Shown here: piece by piece, positions 10,233 through 19,608 of the stretch
How positions within the stretch are numbered: position 1 is the first letter of the stretch
How the letters are laid out: each line of letters opens with the position of its first letter
From: an uncultured Candidatus Saccharibacteria bacterium
GTDB taxonomy: Bacteria > Patescibacteriota > Saccharimonadia > Saccharimonadales > Saccharimonadaceae
DNA: 64,000 bases
Direction of reading: 5' to 3'
NCBI GenBank assembly: GCA_963530345.1
Contig: CAUSBR010000001.1
Location: forward strand, 104,053-168,052
Program-made: the position numbers and the translations under genes
The notes under the pieces: model-generated
Told to the model about the DNA's origin: nothing
Seen by the model: only the letters and a program-made list of their open reading frames with translations
Database searches by the model: none

Positions 10233-11714
10233 ATGGCAATCAAACAATTAGCAAGAAAAAAGGACGGGTTAGGACTCTGGTCGCTGACTGGCTTAGTGGT
10301 CGGCAGTATGATCGGTGCAGGTATCTTTAACCTTGTTCAAGGTACGGCTGAGGCGGCTGGTCCGCTGGCGACGATTATTGCGTGGCTGATTACGGGCGTT
10401 GGAATGATATTCCTGATTCTCAGTTTCCGCAACCTGACTATCAAAAAGCCGAAACTTAATGCTGGCGTGTATAGCTACGCTGAGGCTGGCTTTGGCAAGT
10501 ATGTTGGCTTTAATTCGGCGTGGGGTTACTGGATTTCTGCTTGGATTGGTAATATTGCTTATGCAGTAGCCGTTTTCTCGGCGCTTGGTTATTTCTTTCC
10601 AGACTTGTTTGGTAAAGGCCAAAACTGGGCGTCAGTGGTTGGTATGTCGGTACTGCTGTGGAGCGTTCATTTATTAATCCTTAAAGGTGTCAAAACGGCA
10701 AGCTTCATTAATGCTTTGGTGACGGCGGCGAAATTAATCCCGCTTGCGATCTTTTTGCTAGCGATATTCTTGTCGTTCAAGGTTGGCTTGTTTAACCAAG
10801 ACCTTTGGGGCTTAGCCGGCAACAACTTTGATATGGGCGCTGTGATTGAGCAGGTCAAGAATATGATGCTGGTTACCGTCTGGGTGTTTATCGGTATCGA
10901 GGGTGCAGTTGTATTTTCAGGTCACGCCAAGAAGCGTAGCGATATCATCAAGGCAACGTTGATCGGTTTTGCTGGCGTGCTTTCGATTTATGTGCTGATG
11001 ACGGTGCTGGCTTTTGGTGTAGCGACTCAGAAAGATCTGGCTGCACTAGATAGTCCGGCGATGTCGATGCTGTTGGAACGCTTGGTTGGACCGTGGGGCG
11101 CTTGGCTGGTTAATATCGGCTTGATGATCGCAGTTTTGGGTGGTTGGCTAGCTTGGACGATGTTTGCTGCCGAACTACCGTATCAGGCAGCTAAGAATAA
11201 GACTTTCCCGTCGATATTCGCCAAAGAAAATAAAGTTGGCGCGCCAGTAGTGTCGCTGTTGGTTACTAACATCCTGGTACAGATATTCCTGCTGACAATC
11301 CCTGGAACTGAAGGCTCAGCCTATAATATTGGTATTTCGATTGCTACTTCGGCTATTTTGATCCCATATGCCCTGACGGCGTTTTATCAATTGAAGGTTT
11401 CGTTGCAGGAGAAAAAAACCGTTAAGCACCGCGCTTTTAATATCTTTGTGGGTGCGATGGCTAGTGTTTATGCGGTATGGCTAGTGTATGCGGCCGGTAT
11501 GCAATATCTGCTTATAACAGTGTTCTTGTATGCACCAGGCATGTTGGTCTACGTCTTGATGCAGATCAAGAATCGCAAGAAGATCTTCACGCTATATGAA
11601 CTGCTTTTGGCGGTTGTCGTGATTGCGTTATTTGCTTACGCAGTACAACAGCTGCTGGCTGGTGCGCTGGACGATACGTTAGGTATTAAAATCGCTGATT
11701 TAATCGGTCAATGA
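10233..11714 (+). CDS. arcD: Arginine/ornithine antiporter (APC family)
   Basis: GSMIGAGIF and WVFIGIEGA motifs, many TM helices, arc operon context. Confidence 0.9.
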   Translation: MAIKQLARKKDGLGLWSLTGLVVGSMIGAGIFNLVQGTAEAAGPLATIIAWLITGVGMIFLILSFRNLTIKKPKLNAGVYSYAEAGFGKYVGFNSAWGYWISAWIGNIAYAVAVFSALGYFFPDLFGKGQNWASVVGMSVLLWSVHLLILKGVKTASFINALVTAAKLIPLAIFLLAIFLSFKVGLFNQDLWGLAGNNFDMGAVIEQVKNMMLVTVWVFIGIEGAVVFSGHAKKRSDIIKATLIGFAGVLSIYVLMTVLAFGVATQKDLAALDSPAMSMLLERLVGPWGAWLVNIGLMIAVLGGWLAWTMFAAELPYQAAKNKTFPSIFAKENKVGAPVVSLLVTNILVQIFLLTIPGTEGSAYNIGISIATSAILIPYALTAFYQLKVSLQEKKTVKHRAFNIFVGAMASVYAVWLVYAAGMQYLLITVFLYAPGMLVYVLMQIKNRKKIFTLYELLLAVVVIALFAYAVQQLLAGALDDTLGIKIADLIGQ

Positions 11715-11723
11715 TAATAAATG

Positions 11724-11758
11724 AAACGGGCGCGCCTGAAATACAGCGCGCCCGTTTT
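11724..11758 (+). terminator. Intra-operon GC-rich hairpin (terminator or attenuator-like)
   Basis: AAACGGGCGCG...CGCGCCCGTTT, a perfect 11-bp stem ending in TTTT, between arcD and the DDAH gene. Confidence 0.7.
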
Positions 11759-11777
11759 GCCAAATGAAGGAGAAAAG

Positions 11778-12551
11778 ATGTTTAAGTATGCCATTGTTCG
11801 CCGTCCGTCACATAGTTTGATTGATGGTATCAGCCAAACGCCAGAAATGGGCAAGCCAGACTATGATTTAGCATTGCAGCAGCATGATCGCTATGTCGAG
11901 ATTTTGCGCGAATGCGGTTTGGAAGTGACGGTTCTAGAGGCCAACGAAGATTATCCAGACAGTGTGTTTATCGAGGATAACGCGTTGTGTACGCCACACG
12001 GCGTGGCAATTTTGTCGCGTCCTGGTGCTGAGAGTCGTCGTGGCGAAGCTAGTCTGCCAGATTTGCGCGAAGCATTGGCGCGCTACTATGACGACATTGA
12101 ACAAGTTGTCGAGCCAGGCACAACTGATCCAGGCGATATTATGATGGTGGGCGATCACTATTACATCGGGTTGAGCGGCCGTACCAATCAAGCGGCAGCC
12201 GACCAAATCACGGCAATTCTCGAGAAGCATGGTATGACCGCCGAGACAGTGCCAGTGACAGGTATTCTACACCTGAAAGACGATGTGGTCTACTTAGATA
12301 ATAACAACTTGATCGTCGCTAAAGCTTACGAAAATCATCCAGCTTTTGCTAACTTTAATAAGCTGGTCGTTGATGACGATGAATACTATGCAGTGAATAG
12401 TTTGTGGATAAACGGCAAGGTGATCGTGCCAGAAGGCTTCCCGAAAACTGAGCAAAAGATTCGCGATTGCGGTTACGAAGTGATTCTGATCAATACTAGC
12501 GAGTTTGAGAAAATTACCGGCAGCCTAACTTGCATGTCGTTGAGGTTTTAA
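11778..12551 (+). CDS. Dimethylarginine dimethylaminohydrolase (DDAH, amidinotransferase superfamily)
   Basis: PDSVFIED, RPGAESRRGE, GDIMMVGDHYYIGLSGRTN, LHLK and C-terminal TCMSLRF resemble Pseudomonas DDAH; AAGGAG RBS before ATG 11778. Confidence 0.85.
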   Translation: MFKYAIVRRPSHSLIDGISQTPEMGKPDYDLALQQHDRYVEILRECGLEVTVLEANEDYPDSVFIEDNALCTPHGVAILSRPGAESRRGEASLPDLREALARYYDDIEQVVEPGTTDPGDIMMVGDHYYIGLSGRTNQAAADQITAILEKHGMTAETVPVTGILHLKDDVVYLDNNNLIVAKAYENHPAFANFNKLVVDDDEYYAVNSLWINGKVIVPEGFPKTEQKIRDCGYEVILINTSEFEKITGSLTCMSLRF

Positions 12552-12555
12552 CAAC

Positions 12556-13500
12556 ATGCCGGGTAAGATTGTAGTTGCACTTGGCGGCAATGCTTTGCAA
12601 AAGCAAGGCGAGGCTTCGGCTCACGCCCAACAAGACGTCGCCGACGAGACAGCTCGTCAGCTAGTGCCGTTGATTTTGGCTGGCTATCAGCTGGTAATCG
12701 TTCACGGCAACGGACCGCAAGTTGGTAATATTGTTTTGCACGAAGAAGCAATTAACACGCCAGAAGTACCGACTTTCCCGCTTGATACGTGCGTAGCGAT
12801 GAGCCAAGGGGCGATCGGTTTTTGGTTGCAGCAAGCGTTGATTGACGAATTCTCGCGCCGACAAATGAAAAGCGTCGCTTCGACAGTTGTTACGCAAGTA
12901 GTGGTTAACGCTAACGATCCGGCTTTTAGCAATCCTACGAAGCCAATTGGCGTATTTTATCAGACGGAGACAGAAGCTCGGCAGGCTGCTAACGGTCGTA
13001 ACTTCACATTCAAAGAAGACGCTGGGCGCGGTTGGCGGCGCGTGGTACCGTCGCCGAAGCCGCAGCGGATTGTCGAAGAATATACGGTCAAAGCGATGAT
13101 TGATGCTGGCGTGACGGTTATCACGGGTGGCGGTGGCGGCGTGCCGGTTGTTGAAACTGTCAGTGATGGCTTAGAGGGGGTCGAGGCAGTAATTGATAAG
13201 GATTTCACAGCGGCAGTGGTGGCTGATGCGATTGATGCTGAGGCACTGGTGATACTGACGGCAGTTGATGGCGCGATGGTTGATTATGGTAAACCGACCG
13301 CGCGCACAATTGGACGCACTAATCTCCAAGAGATGCAGCGCTACATTGACGAAAATCAGTTCGCGCCGGGTAGTATGCTGCCCAAAGTGCAAGCGGCCTT
13401 GAAATTTGTCGAAAAGCCAGGTCGCCGAGCGATTATCGCTAGCCTGGGTAGCGCCGAACAAGCCTTGGCCGGGCAGGTTGGCACTATTATCGAGAGCTAG
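12556..13500 (+). CDS. arcC: Carbamate kinase
   Basis: VALGGNAL, HGNGPQVG, GWRRVVPSP, GVEAVIDKD, GSMLPKV. Confidence 0.96.
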   Translation: MPGKIVVALGGNALQKQGEASAHAQQDVADETARQLVPLILAGYQLVIVHGNGPQVGNIVLHEEAINTPEVPTFPLDTCVAMSQGAIGFWLQQALIDEFSRRQMKSVASTVVTQVVVNANDPAFSNPTKPIGVFYQTETEARQAANGRNFTFKEDAGRGWRRVVPSPKPQRIVEEYTVKAMIDAGVTVITGGGGGVPVVETVSDGLEGVEAVIDKDFTAAVVADAIDAEALVILTAVDGAMVDYGKPTARTIGRTNLQEMQRYIDENQFAPGSMLPKVQAALKFVEKPGRRAIIASLGSAEQALAGQVGTIIES

Positions 13501-13520
13501 CTAATCTCTATAAGTACAGC

Positions 13521-13553
13521 AAAATAGCGCGAGTTTTAGCTCGGGCTATTTTT
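13521..13553 (+). terminator. Terminator after arcC
   Basis: AAAATAGCGCGAG-loop-CTCGGGCTATTTTT hairpin. Confidence 0.75.
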
Positions 13554-13570
13554 ATATTTTGATAATGCGG

Positions 13571-13631
13571 TTGACGTTTTTCGCTAACTTTCTTATACTT
13601 GGGTCTAGCACTCTGCGGTCAAGAGTGCTAA
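13571..13631 (+). promoter_or_regulatory. groESL promoter with CIRCE (HrcA operator)
   Basis: TTGACG-17-TATACT, then CTAGCACTC-N9-GAGTGCTAA at 13605-13631. Confidence 0.92.
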
Positions 13632-13658
13632 AATAGATTAGAAAAGGAGGATATAATC

Positions 13659-13925
13659 ATGAGTTCACCAATCAAGCCAATGACGCATTATGTCGTGGCT
13701 GTTAAAGAGAAGAAGTCGGAAAAAACAGCTAGCGGCATTTTTTTGCCAGAATCAGCGCAGGAAAAATCAGAAGCTGCTAAAGTAGTAGCTGTTGGCTCGG
13801 CAGTCAAAGATGTGGCTGACGGCGCACGGGTTGTCTACAAAAACTACGCAGCGACGACTATCAAGCTCGACAAGGAAGAATATTTAATTATCAAAGACGA
13901 GGATATCCTCGCTACAATTGAATAG
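13659..13925 (+). CDS. groES: Co-chaperonin GroES
   Basis: KTASGIFLP and EEYLIIKDEDILA; directly upstream of groEL. Confidence 0.95.
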   Translation: MSSPIKPMTHYVVAVKEKKSEKTASGIFLPESAQEKSEAAKVVAVGSAVKDVADGARVVYKNYAATTIKLDKEEYLIIKDEDILATIE

Positions 13926-13934
13926 GAGAAAAAT

Positions 13935-15575
13935 ATGGCAAAAAAAGTTTTTTACGATGAAGATGCGCGTGCTCGCGTATTGGCTGGCGCAAAAATTTTG
14001 TATAACGCTGTGAAAACAACGATGGGGCCAAAAGGCCGCAACGTAGTTATCGGCAAAAGTTACGGCGGCCCGAGCGTGACGCACGATGGCGTGACGGTTG
14101 CGAAAAGTATTGATATCGACGAAGCTGATGACGAGACGCTTGGCTTCAAAGTTGGCGCCGAACTTATCAAACAGGCTGCTAACAAGATGAATGATGTAGC
14201 TGGCGACGGCACTACGACAGTGACGGTTTTAACTTATCATATTTTAAACGAAGCTAATAAGCTAATTGCAGCTGGCCATAATCCGATGTTACTACGCAAA
14301 GGGCTAGAGCGTGCTGCTAGCGAGATTATCAAAGAGCTCGGTAAACTCGCCGACGATATCCGCGGTGACAAAAAACGGATCGCCGAAGTAGCGACAATCT
14401 CCGCAGGCGATGAGGCGATTGGCAAACTGATTGCTGACGTCATGGAAAAGATTGGCCCGAATGGCGTGGTGACCGTCGAAGAAGGCCGCGGCTTAGAGCT
14501 CGAGAGCGAAGTAGTCGAAGGTTTCACGGTACAACGCGGCTTCGTTAGCCCGTACATGGTGACCGATGCTAAGCGCATGGAAGCAGTTTACGACAAACCA
14601 GCAATTGTGGTGACTGATAAGAAAGTCTCTTCGGCGCAAGAATTTGTACCGTTGCTCGAAATGATCGCTCAAAATGGTAAGAAAGACTTGGTACTGATCG
14701 CCGACGATGTTGATGGCGAAGCGCTGAGCTTGTTGGTGTTAAACCGGCTTAAAGGTGCTTTCAATACCTTGGCTATCAAAGCTCCGAGCGACAAAGATGT
14801 GCTATATGACATCGCAGCGTTGGTTGGCGCCAAAGTTATCACCGAAGACACTGGCATGACATTTGATAATGTCGGTAGCGACGTAATTGGCTCGGCTCGC
14901 AAAGTGATCGCCACCAAGGATCTGACAACTATTGTCGAGGGTGAAGGGTCAAAGGCGGCGGTTAGCGCTCGCGTCGATCAAATCGAACTGGAAGTTGATA
15001 ATGCCACTAGCGACTATACCAAGAAAAACTTACAGAAACGTCATGCAGCTTTGACTGGCGAAGTGGCGGTAATCAAAGTTGGCGGTGCAACCGAGACTGA
15101 AATTGAAGAAAAGAAATATCGTGTCGACGACGCTGTGGCCGCTGTCAAAGCAGCGCTAGCCGAAGGTATTGTGCCAGGCGGCGGTGTAACGCTAGTGAAC
15201 CTAGCCTGTGGTTATAAGCATTCTAATAGCAAAGATGCTTCGGTATTAGCAGGCGAAGATTTGTTGATTCATGCACTTGAGCAGCCATTCCGAATCTTGC
15301 TGAGCAACTCTGGTCTAAATGCTGACGAGTGGCTGCCGCAGGTCAAAAAAGCCAAAGCTGGCCAAGGCATCAACGTCAACCACCCGAATGAATTGCTTGA
15401 TCTAAAGTCGGCAGGTGTAGTTGACCCAGTACGCGTTACCAAGGAGGCCTTGCAGAATGCTGCCTCAATTGCTGGTACGGCGATGACGATGGGCGCATTG
15501 GTTGTTGATCTGCCAGAGAAAGAAACGCCAGGTGCTGCTATGCCAAATATGGGCGGCGGCATGGGCATGTACTAA
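13935..15575 (+). CDS. groEL: Chaperonin GroEL
   Basis: TMGPKGRNV, GDGTTT, VGGATETE, GIVPGGG and GGM tail. Confidence 0.98.
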   Translation: MAKKVFYDEDARARVLAGAKILYNAVKTTMGPKGRNVVIGKSYGGPSVTHDGVTVAKSIDIDEADDETLGFKVGAELIKQAANKMNDVAGDGTTTVTVLTYHILNEANKLIAAGHNPMLLRKGLERAASEIIKELGKLADDIRGDKKRIAEVATISAGDEAIGKLIADVMEKIGPNGVVTVEEGRGLELESEVVEGFTVQRGFVSPYMVTDAKRMEAVYDKPAIVVTDKKVSSAQEFVPLLEMIAQNGKKDLVLIADDVDGEALSLLVLNRLKGAFNTLAIKAPSDKDVLYDIAALVGAKVITEDTGMTFDNVGSDVIGSARKVIATKDLTTIVEGEGSKAAVSARVDQIELEVDNATSDYTKKNLQKRHAALTGEVAVIKVGGATETEIEEKKYRVDDAVAAVKAALAEGIVPGGGVTLVNLACGYKHSNSKDASVLAGEDLLIHALEQPFRILLSNSGLNADEWLPQVKKAKAGQGINVNHPNELLDLKSAGVVDPVRVTKEALQNAASIAGTAMTMGALVVDLPEKETPGAAMPNMGGGMGMY

Positions 15576-15604
15576 ACCTATTCATTGTAAGCTAGACAGC
15601 ATGG

Positions 15605-15632
15605 AGCCCACCGTTATGCGGTGGGCTTTCTT
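15605..15632 (+). terminator. Terminator after groEL
   Basis: AGCCCACCG-TTATG-CGGTGGGCT followed by TTCTT. Confidence 0.8.
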
Positions 15633-15639
15633 GGCAGAC

Positions 15640-15706
15640 TTGACAAAGAGTAATTTATAACCTAAAATATTATACAGTGTAAATTTACCGATTATACACG
15701 GTTAAT
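15640..15706 (+). promoter_or_regulatory. Promoter plus tandem operator-like repeats for the ABC exporter
   Basis: TTGACA-17-TAAAAT; ATTATACAGTGTAAAT (15669) and ATTATACACGGTTAAT (15691). Confidence 0.6.
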
Positions 15707-15734
15707 CTCTAGAATTGTGGCAGTAAGGGGGCCT

Positions 15735-17498
15735 GTGAAGCATATTTTACGAATTTTTAGCGGCTACTGGCTGATGTTCATCATCTTGGTTGGCTTTACC
15801 TACGCCATGGTGATGGCGAATTTGTGGCTGCCTGATAAGATGTCGGAAATTGTTAACAATGGCATCATCAAGCAAGATATGCCGGCGATTTGGCATAACG
15901 GATTAGCGATGATTTTGGTGACGGCGGCGGGCGGATTGTGTTCGATTATTATCGGATTTTTAGCCTCCCGGATTGCCACTGGTATGGCGCAAAAATTACG
16001 AATGGAACTATTCGAGCGAGTCGAAAGTTTCGCGCTGGCGGATTTCAATAAGTTTTCGACTGCCTCGCTGATCACTCGCTCGACCAATGATATTCAGCAA
16101 ATTCAAATGACGTCAATTCTGCTGCTGCGTCTGGCATTGATGGCACCAATCATGGCAATTGGCGGTCTGCAAAAAGCCATTCACAACGCGCCAAATTTGA
16201 GCTGGATCATCGCGCTGGCAGTGTCGGTGTTACTGGTCGTCATTGCCGTGCTGTTCGTCATTGCCGTGCCTCGGTTTAAGAAATTACAAACACTGGTGGA
16301 CAAACTCAATTTGGTGACGCGTGAAAATCTGGTCGGTTTGAAAGTCATCCGCGCCTTTCACAACGAAAAAATTGAGCAGAAAAAATTCCAACAAGCCAAC
16401 ACTGAGCTAAACAAAATGAATTTATTTGTCAATCGGCTGATGATGCTACTTGACCCGATCATGACGCTGGTGATGAACTTTTCCAGCGTGGCGATTGTCT
16501 GGTTCGGTGCGCATTTGATCAGCAGCGGCAATCTGCAAATTGGTAATATGATGGCGTTTTTGGAATACGCCATGCAGGTGATCATTTCGTTTCTGCTGCT
16601 GTCGATGGTGTTTATCATGGTGCCGCGAGCGGCCGTGTCGGTGAAGCGGGTGGGCGAGGTGTTGGACACGCTGCCGTCAATCGTTGATCCGCCGTCGCCG
16701 CAGCAATTGCCACATGACGCTACAGGTAAAATTGAATTCAAAGACGTTACTTTTACTTATCCAGACGCTGACTTGCCGGTGCTCTCTAACATCAATTTCA
16801 CGGCCGAACCAGGGCAAACCACAGCGTTCATCGGCAGCACTGGGTCTGGTAAATCGACGTTGATCAATTTGATCCCGCGTTTTTACGATGTGTCGGCGGG
16901 GCAGATCTTGCTGGACGGCGTGGATGTTCGCCAGCTCAAGCTGGAAGATTTGTATGATCAAATCGGCTACGTGCCGCAAAAAGGCGTGTTGTTTAGCGGG
17001 ACGATTGCCAGTAATATCAAGTACGGAAATGCCAAAGCCAGCCAAAAATTGGTCGAAAAATCTGCTAAAATCGCGCAAGCCGCCGAGTTCATTAACGAGC
17101 TGAAAAACGGCTACAAAAACGAAATCGCCCAGGGCGGCAGCAATGTCTCTGGCGGTCAACGGCAGCGTTTGTCGATTGCGCGGGCGATTGCTGTGGAGCC
17201 GAATGTCTACATTTTTGACGATTCGTTCTCGGCGCTGGATTTCAAGACTGATGCCAAATTACGTTTGGCGCTTGCCAAAGAAACCAAGCATAAAACTGTG
17301 CTCATCGTCGGTCAGCGCATCAATACCATCATGAACGCTGACAAAATTATTGTGCTGGACGAGGGCAAGATTGTTGGTCAAGGTACGCACCAGGAATTGA
17401 TGAAAAATTGCCAAGTTTACCAAGAAATCGCTGCCTCGCAGCTTTCGGAAGATGACCTGCAGAAAATGTCGGCGACGACCGCGAAAGGAGCGGCGTAA
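15735..17498 (+). CDS. Heterodimeric ABC multidrug exporter subunit A (TM287/EfrA-like)
   Basis: TM domain plus NBD; GSTGSGKS, SGGQRQR, degenerate Walker B FDDSFSALD; start could be GTG 15717 or 15735. Confidence 0.9.
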   Translation: MKHILRIFSGYWLMFIILVGFTYAMVMANLWLPDKMSEIVNNGIIKQDMPAIWHNGLAMILVTAAGGLCSIIIGFLASRIATGMAQKLRMELFERVESFALADFNKFSTASLITRSTNDIQQIQMTSILLLRLALMAPIMAIGGLQKAIHNAPNLSWIIALAVSVLLVVIAVLFVIAVPRFKKLQTLVDKLNLVTRENLVGLKVIRAFHNEKIEQKKFQQANTELNKMNLFVNRLMMLLDPIMTLVMNFSSVAIVWFGAHLISSGNLQIGNMMAFLEYAMQVIISFLLLSMVFIMVPRAAVSVKRVGEVLDTLPSIVDPPSPQQLPHDATGKIEFKDVTFTYPDADLPVLSNINFTAEPGQTTAFIGSTGSGKSTLINLIPRFYDVSAGQILLDGVDVRQLKLEDLYDQIGYVPQKGVLFSGTIASNIKYGNAKASQKLVEKSAKIAQAAEFINELKNGYKNEIAQGGSNVSGGQRQRLSIARAIAVEPNVYIFDDSFSALDFKTDAKLRLALAKETKHKTVLIVGQRINTIMNADKIIVLDEGKIVGQGTHQELMKNCQVYQEIAASQLSEDDLQKMSATTAKGAA

Positions 17499-19495
17499 TG
17501 GCTCAACAAAGCATGAAAAAACGCCAGCCAGTGAAGATGGGCGGTCCAATGGGCGGCGGTATGGGCGCCGGCGAAAAAGCCAAAGATTTCAAAGGCACGG
17601 CCAAGAAATTAGCCAAATATCTGGCGGAGTTCCGCTGGCAAATGCTCATGGTGGCGATTTTCGCGGTCGGTAGTACAACGTTTGCGATTGTCAGTCCGAA
17701 AATTTTGGGCGGCGCCACCAACCAAATCGTCGAAGATTATGTCAGCATGAAGGCATATGAAACCATCACTAGCAGACTGCCGAAGGGTGCTTCGCTGCCA
17801 GCTGGCACGACTGGTGCTGATGTCCTGAAACGCTTGCCGAACAAGTCGGAAATCGAGCGCCAAATTCCATCTAATCAGCTCGAGACGATTAAGAAGCTGA
17901 ATCTCAGTCGGCGTCCAGAATTTCACTTTGAGGCTATTTGGCAGGTAGTCAGCTTGCTAATCGGTCTATACATACTCAGTGCCATTTTCCGCTACATTCA
18001 AACTTGGCTGATGACCCAAGTGACGCAGACAGTCACTTTCAGAATGCGCCGGCAATTGTCCGAAAAAATCAACCGCCTGCCGCTGAGTTATTTTGACAAG
18101 CAAACTTACGGCGAGGTGCTCAGCCGCGTCACCAACGATGTCGATACCATTAGCCAGACGCTCAACCAAAGCCTGTCGCAAATTGTCTCCTCGACGGTGA
18201 TGGTCCTGGGGATTTTGGTGATGATGTTTTCCATCAGCTGGCAAATGTCGCTGGTGGCGCTGCTGGTGCTGCCGTTGGCTGGCGGCGTAATCACGCTGAT
18301 CGCCAAAAGTTCGCAAAAGCAGTTCCTTCGCCAACAGACGCAGCTGGGTGAACTAAACGGCCACATCGAAGAAATGTATGGCGGCCATCAAGTGATGCGG
18401 GTGTTCAACGGCCAGAAAAAGTCGCTGGCTAAGTTTTCGCGGGTGAACGATCAGTTGCAGGAAAGCGCCTGGAAAGCTCAGTTCTTGTCGGGGTTGATTT
18501 ATCCGATCATGAATTTCATCGGCAACATTGGCTATGTCGTGATGGCGATTTTGGGCGGTTGGCTGGCGATTAACGGCCGGCTGAAAATTGGTGACATCCA
18601 AGCCTTCATTCAATACATTGACCAATTCAATCAGCCGCTGGTGCAGGTCGCCAACATCGCCAATGTGTTGCAATCGACCGCCGCTGCCGCCGAGCGCGTG
18701 TTTGAATTTTTGGACGAGCCAGAAGAACAGGCGGAAGGCAAGGATTTGGTGAAATTGGCGCACGTCAAGGGCGAGGTTGAATTTGACAACGTGGTCTTTG
18801 GCTATCAGCCAGACCAAACCATCATCAAAGGTTTGTCGGCGCACATCAAACCGGGTCAGCGCGTGGCGATTGTCGGTCCGACAGGCGCCGGCAAAACCAC
18901 CTTGGTTAATTTGTTGATGCGATTTTACGAAATTAACAGCGGCGCGATTAAAGTTGACGGCGTGGATATTCGCCAGATGAAGCGCAGCGATGTACGGCAA
19001 ATGTTTGGTATGGTGTTGCAGGACACCTGGCTGTTTAACGGCACGATTCGGCAAAATTTGCTGTACGGCAATCCAACAGCCAGTGAAGAAGAGATGGTTG
19101 CCACCGCCAAGGAAGCGCATGTTGATCACTTCGTGCGGTCGCTACCGGGCGGCTACGATATGGTGCTGGGCGAGGAAGCAACGAATATTTCACAAGGCGA
19201 GAAACAGCTGCTGACGATCGCCCGAGCTATGCTGGCGCGCACGCCGATGTTGATTTTGGACGAAGCCACCAGCTCGGTCGACACCCGCACCGAAGTGCTC
19301 ATTCAAAAAGCCATGGACAAGTTAATGCAAGGCAAAACTAGCTTTGTCATCGCCCATCGGCTGAGTACCATCCGCGACGCGGACTTGATCTTGGTCGTCC
19401 GCGACGGCAACATCATCGAGCAAGGCAAACATGACGAACTGCTGAAGCAGAATGGCTTTTACGCTGAGTTGTATAATAGCCAGTTTGCTGAGTGA
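17498..19495 (+). CDS. Heterodimeric ABC multidrug exporter subunit B (TM288/EfrB-like)
   Basis: GPTGAGKT, degenerate ISQGEKQ signature, LDEATSSVD, IAHRLSTI. Confidence 0.9.
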   Translation: MAQQSMKKRQPVKMGGPMGGGMGAGEKAKDFKGTAKKLAKYLAEFRWQMLMVAIFAVGSTTFAIVSPKILGGATNQIVEDYVSMKAYETITSRLPKGASLPAGTTGADVLKRLPNKSEIERQIPSNQLETIKKLNLSRRPEFHFEAIWQVVSLLIGLYILSAIFRYIQTWLMTQVTQTVTFRMRRQLSEKINRLPLSYFDKQTYGEVLSRVTNDVDTISQTLNQSLSQIVSSTVMVLGILVMMFSISWQMSLVALLVLPLAGGVITLIAKSSQKQFLRQQTQLGELNGHIEEMYGGHQVMRVFNGQKKSLAKFSRVNDQLQESAWKAQFLSGLIYPIMNFIGNIGYVVMAILGGWLAINGRLKIGDIQAFIQYIDQFNQPLVQVANIANVLQSTAAAAERVFEFLDEPEEQAEGKDLVKLAHVKGEVEFDNVVFGYQPDQTIIKGLSAHIKPGQRVAIVGPTGAGKTTLVNLLMRFYEINSGAIKVDGVDIRQMKRSDVRQMFGMVLQDTWLFNGTIRQNLLYGNPTASEEEMVATAKEAHVDHFVRSLPGGYDMVLGEEATNISQGEKQLLTIARAMLARTPMLILDEATSSVDTRTEVLIQKAMDKLMQGKTSFVIAHRLSTIRDADLILVVRDGNIIEQGKHDELLKQNGFYAELYNSQFAE

Positions 19496-19608
19496 TTGGT
19501 TATATAAATAACAATAAGAAAGAGCAGGTTGAGATATAGAAATTTAGTGTACTACTTCTCTATAGAGTCTTCAGTATTCAAAGTAGTTAGGACTCAAGCA
19601 GTTTATAA

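Noticed and set aside
11721..11777. Longer N-terminus for DDAH given in the ORF track
   Set aside because: It runs through the hairpin; the RBS and DDAH homology begin at ATG 11778
18353..19129. 258-aa antisense ORF and the many other shadow ORFs
   Set aside because: They lie opposite well-supported genes and have no recognisable motifs
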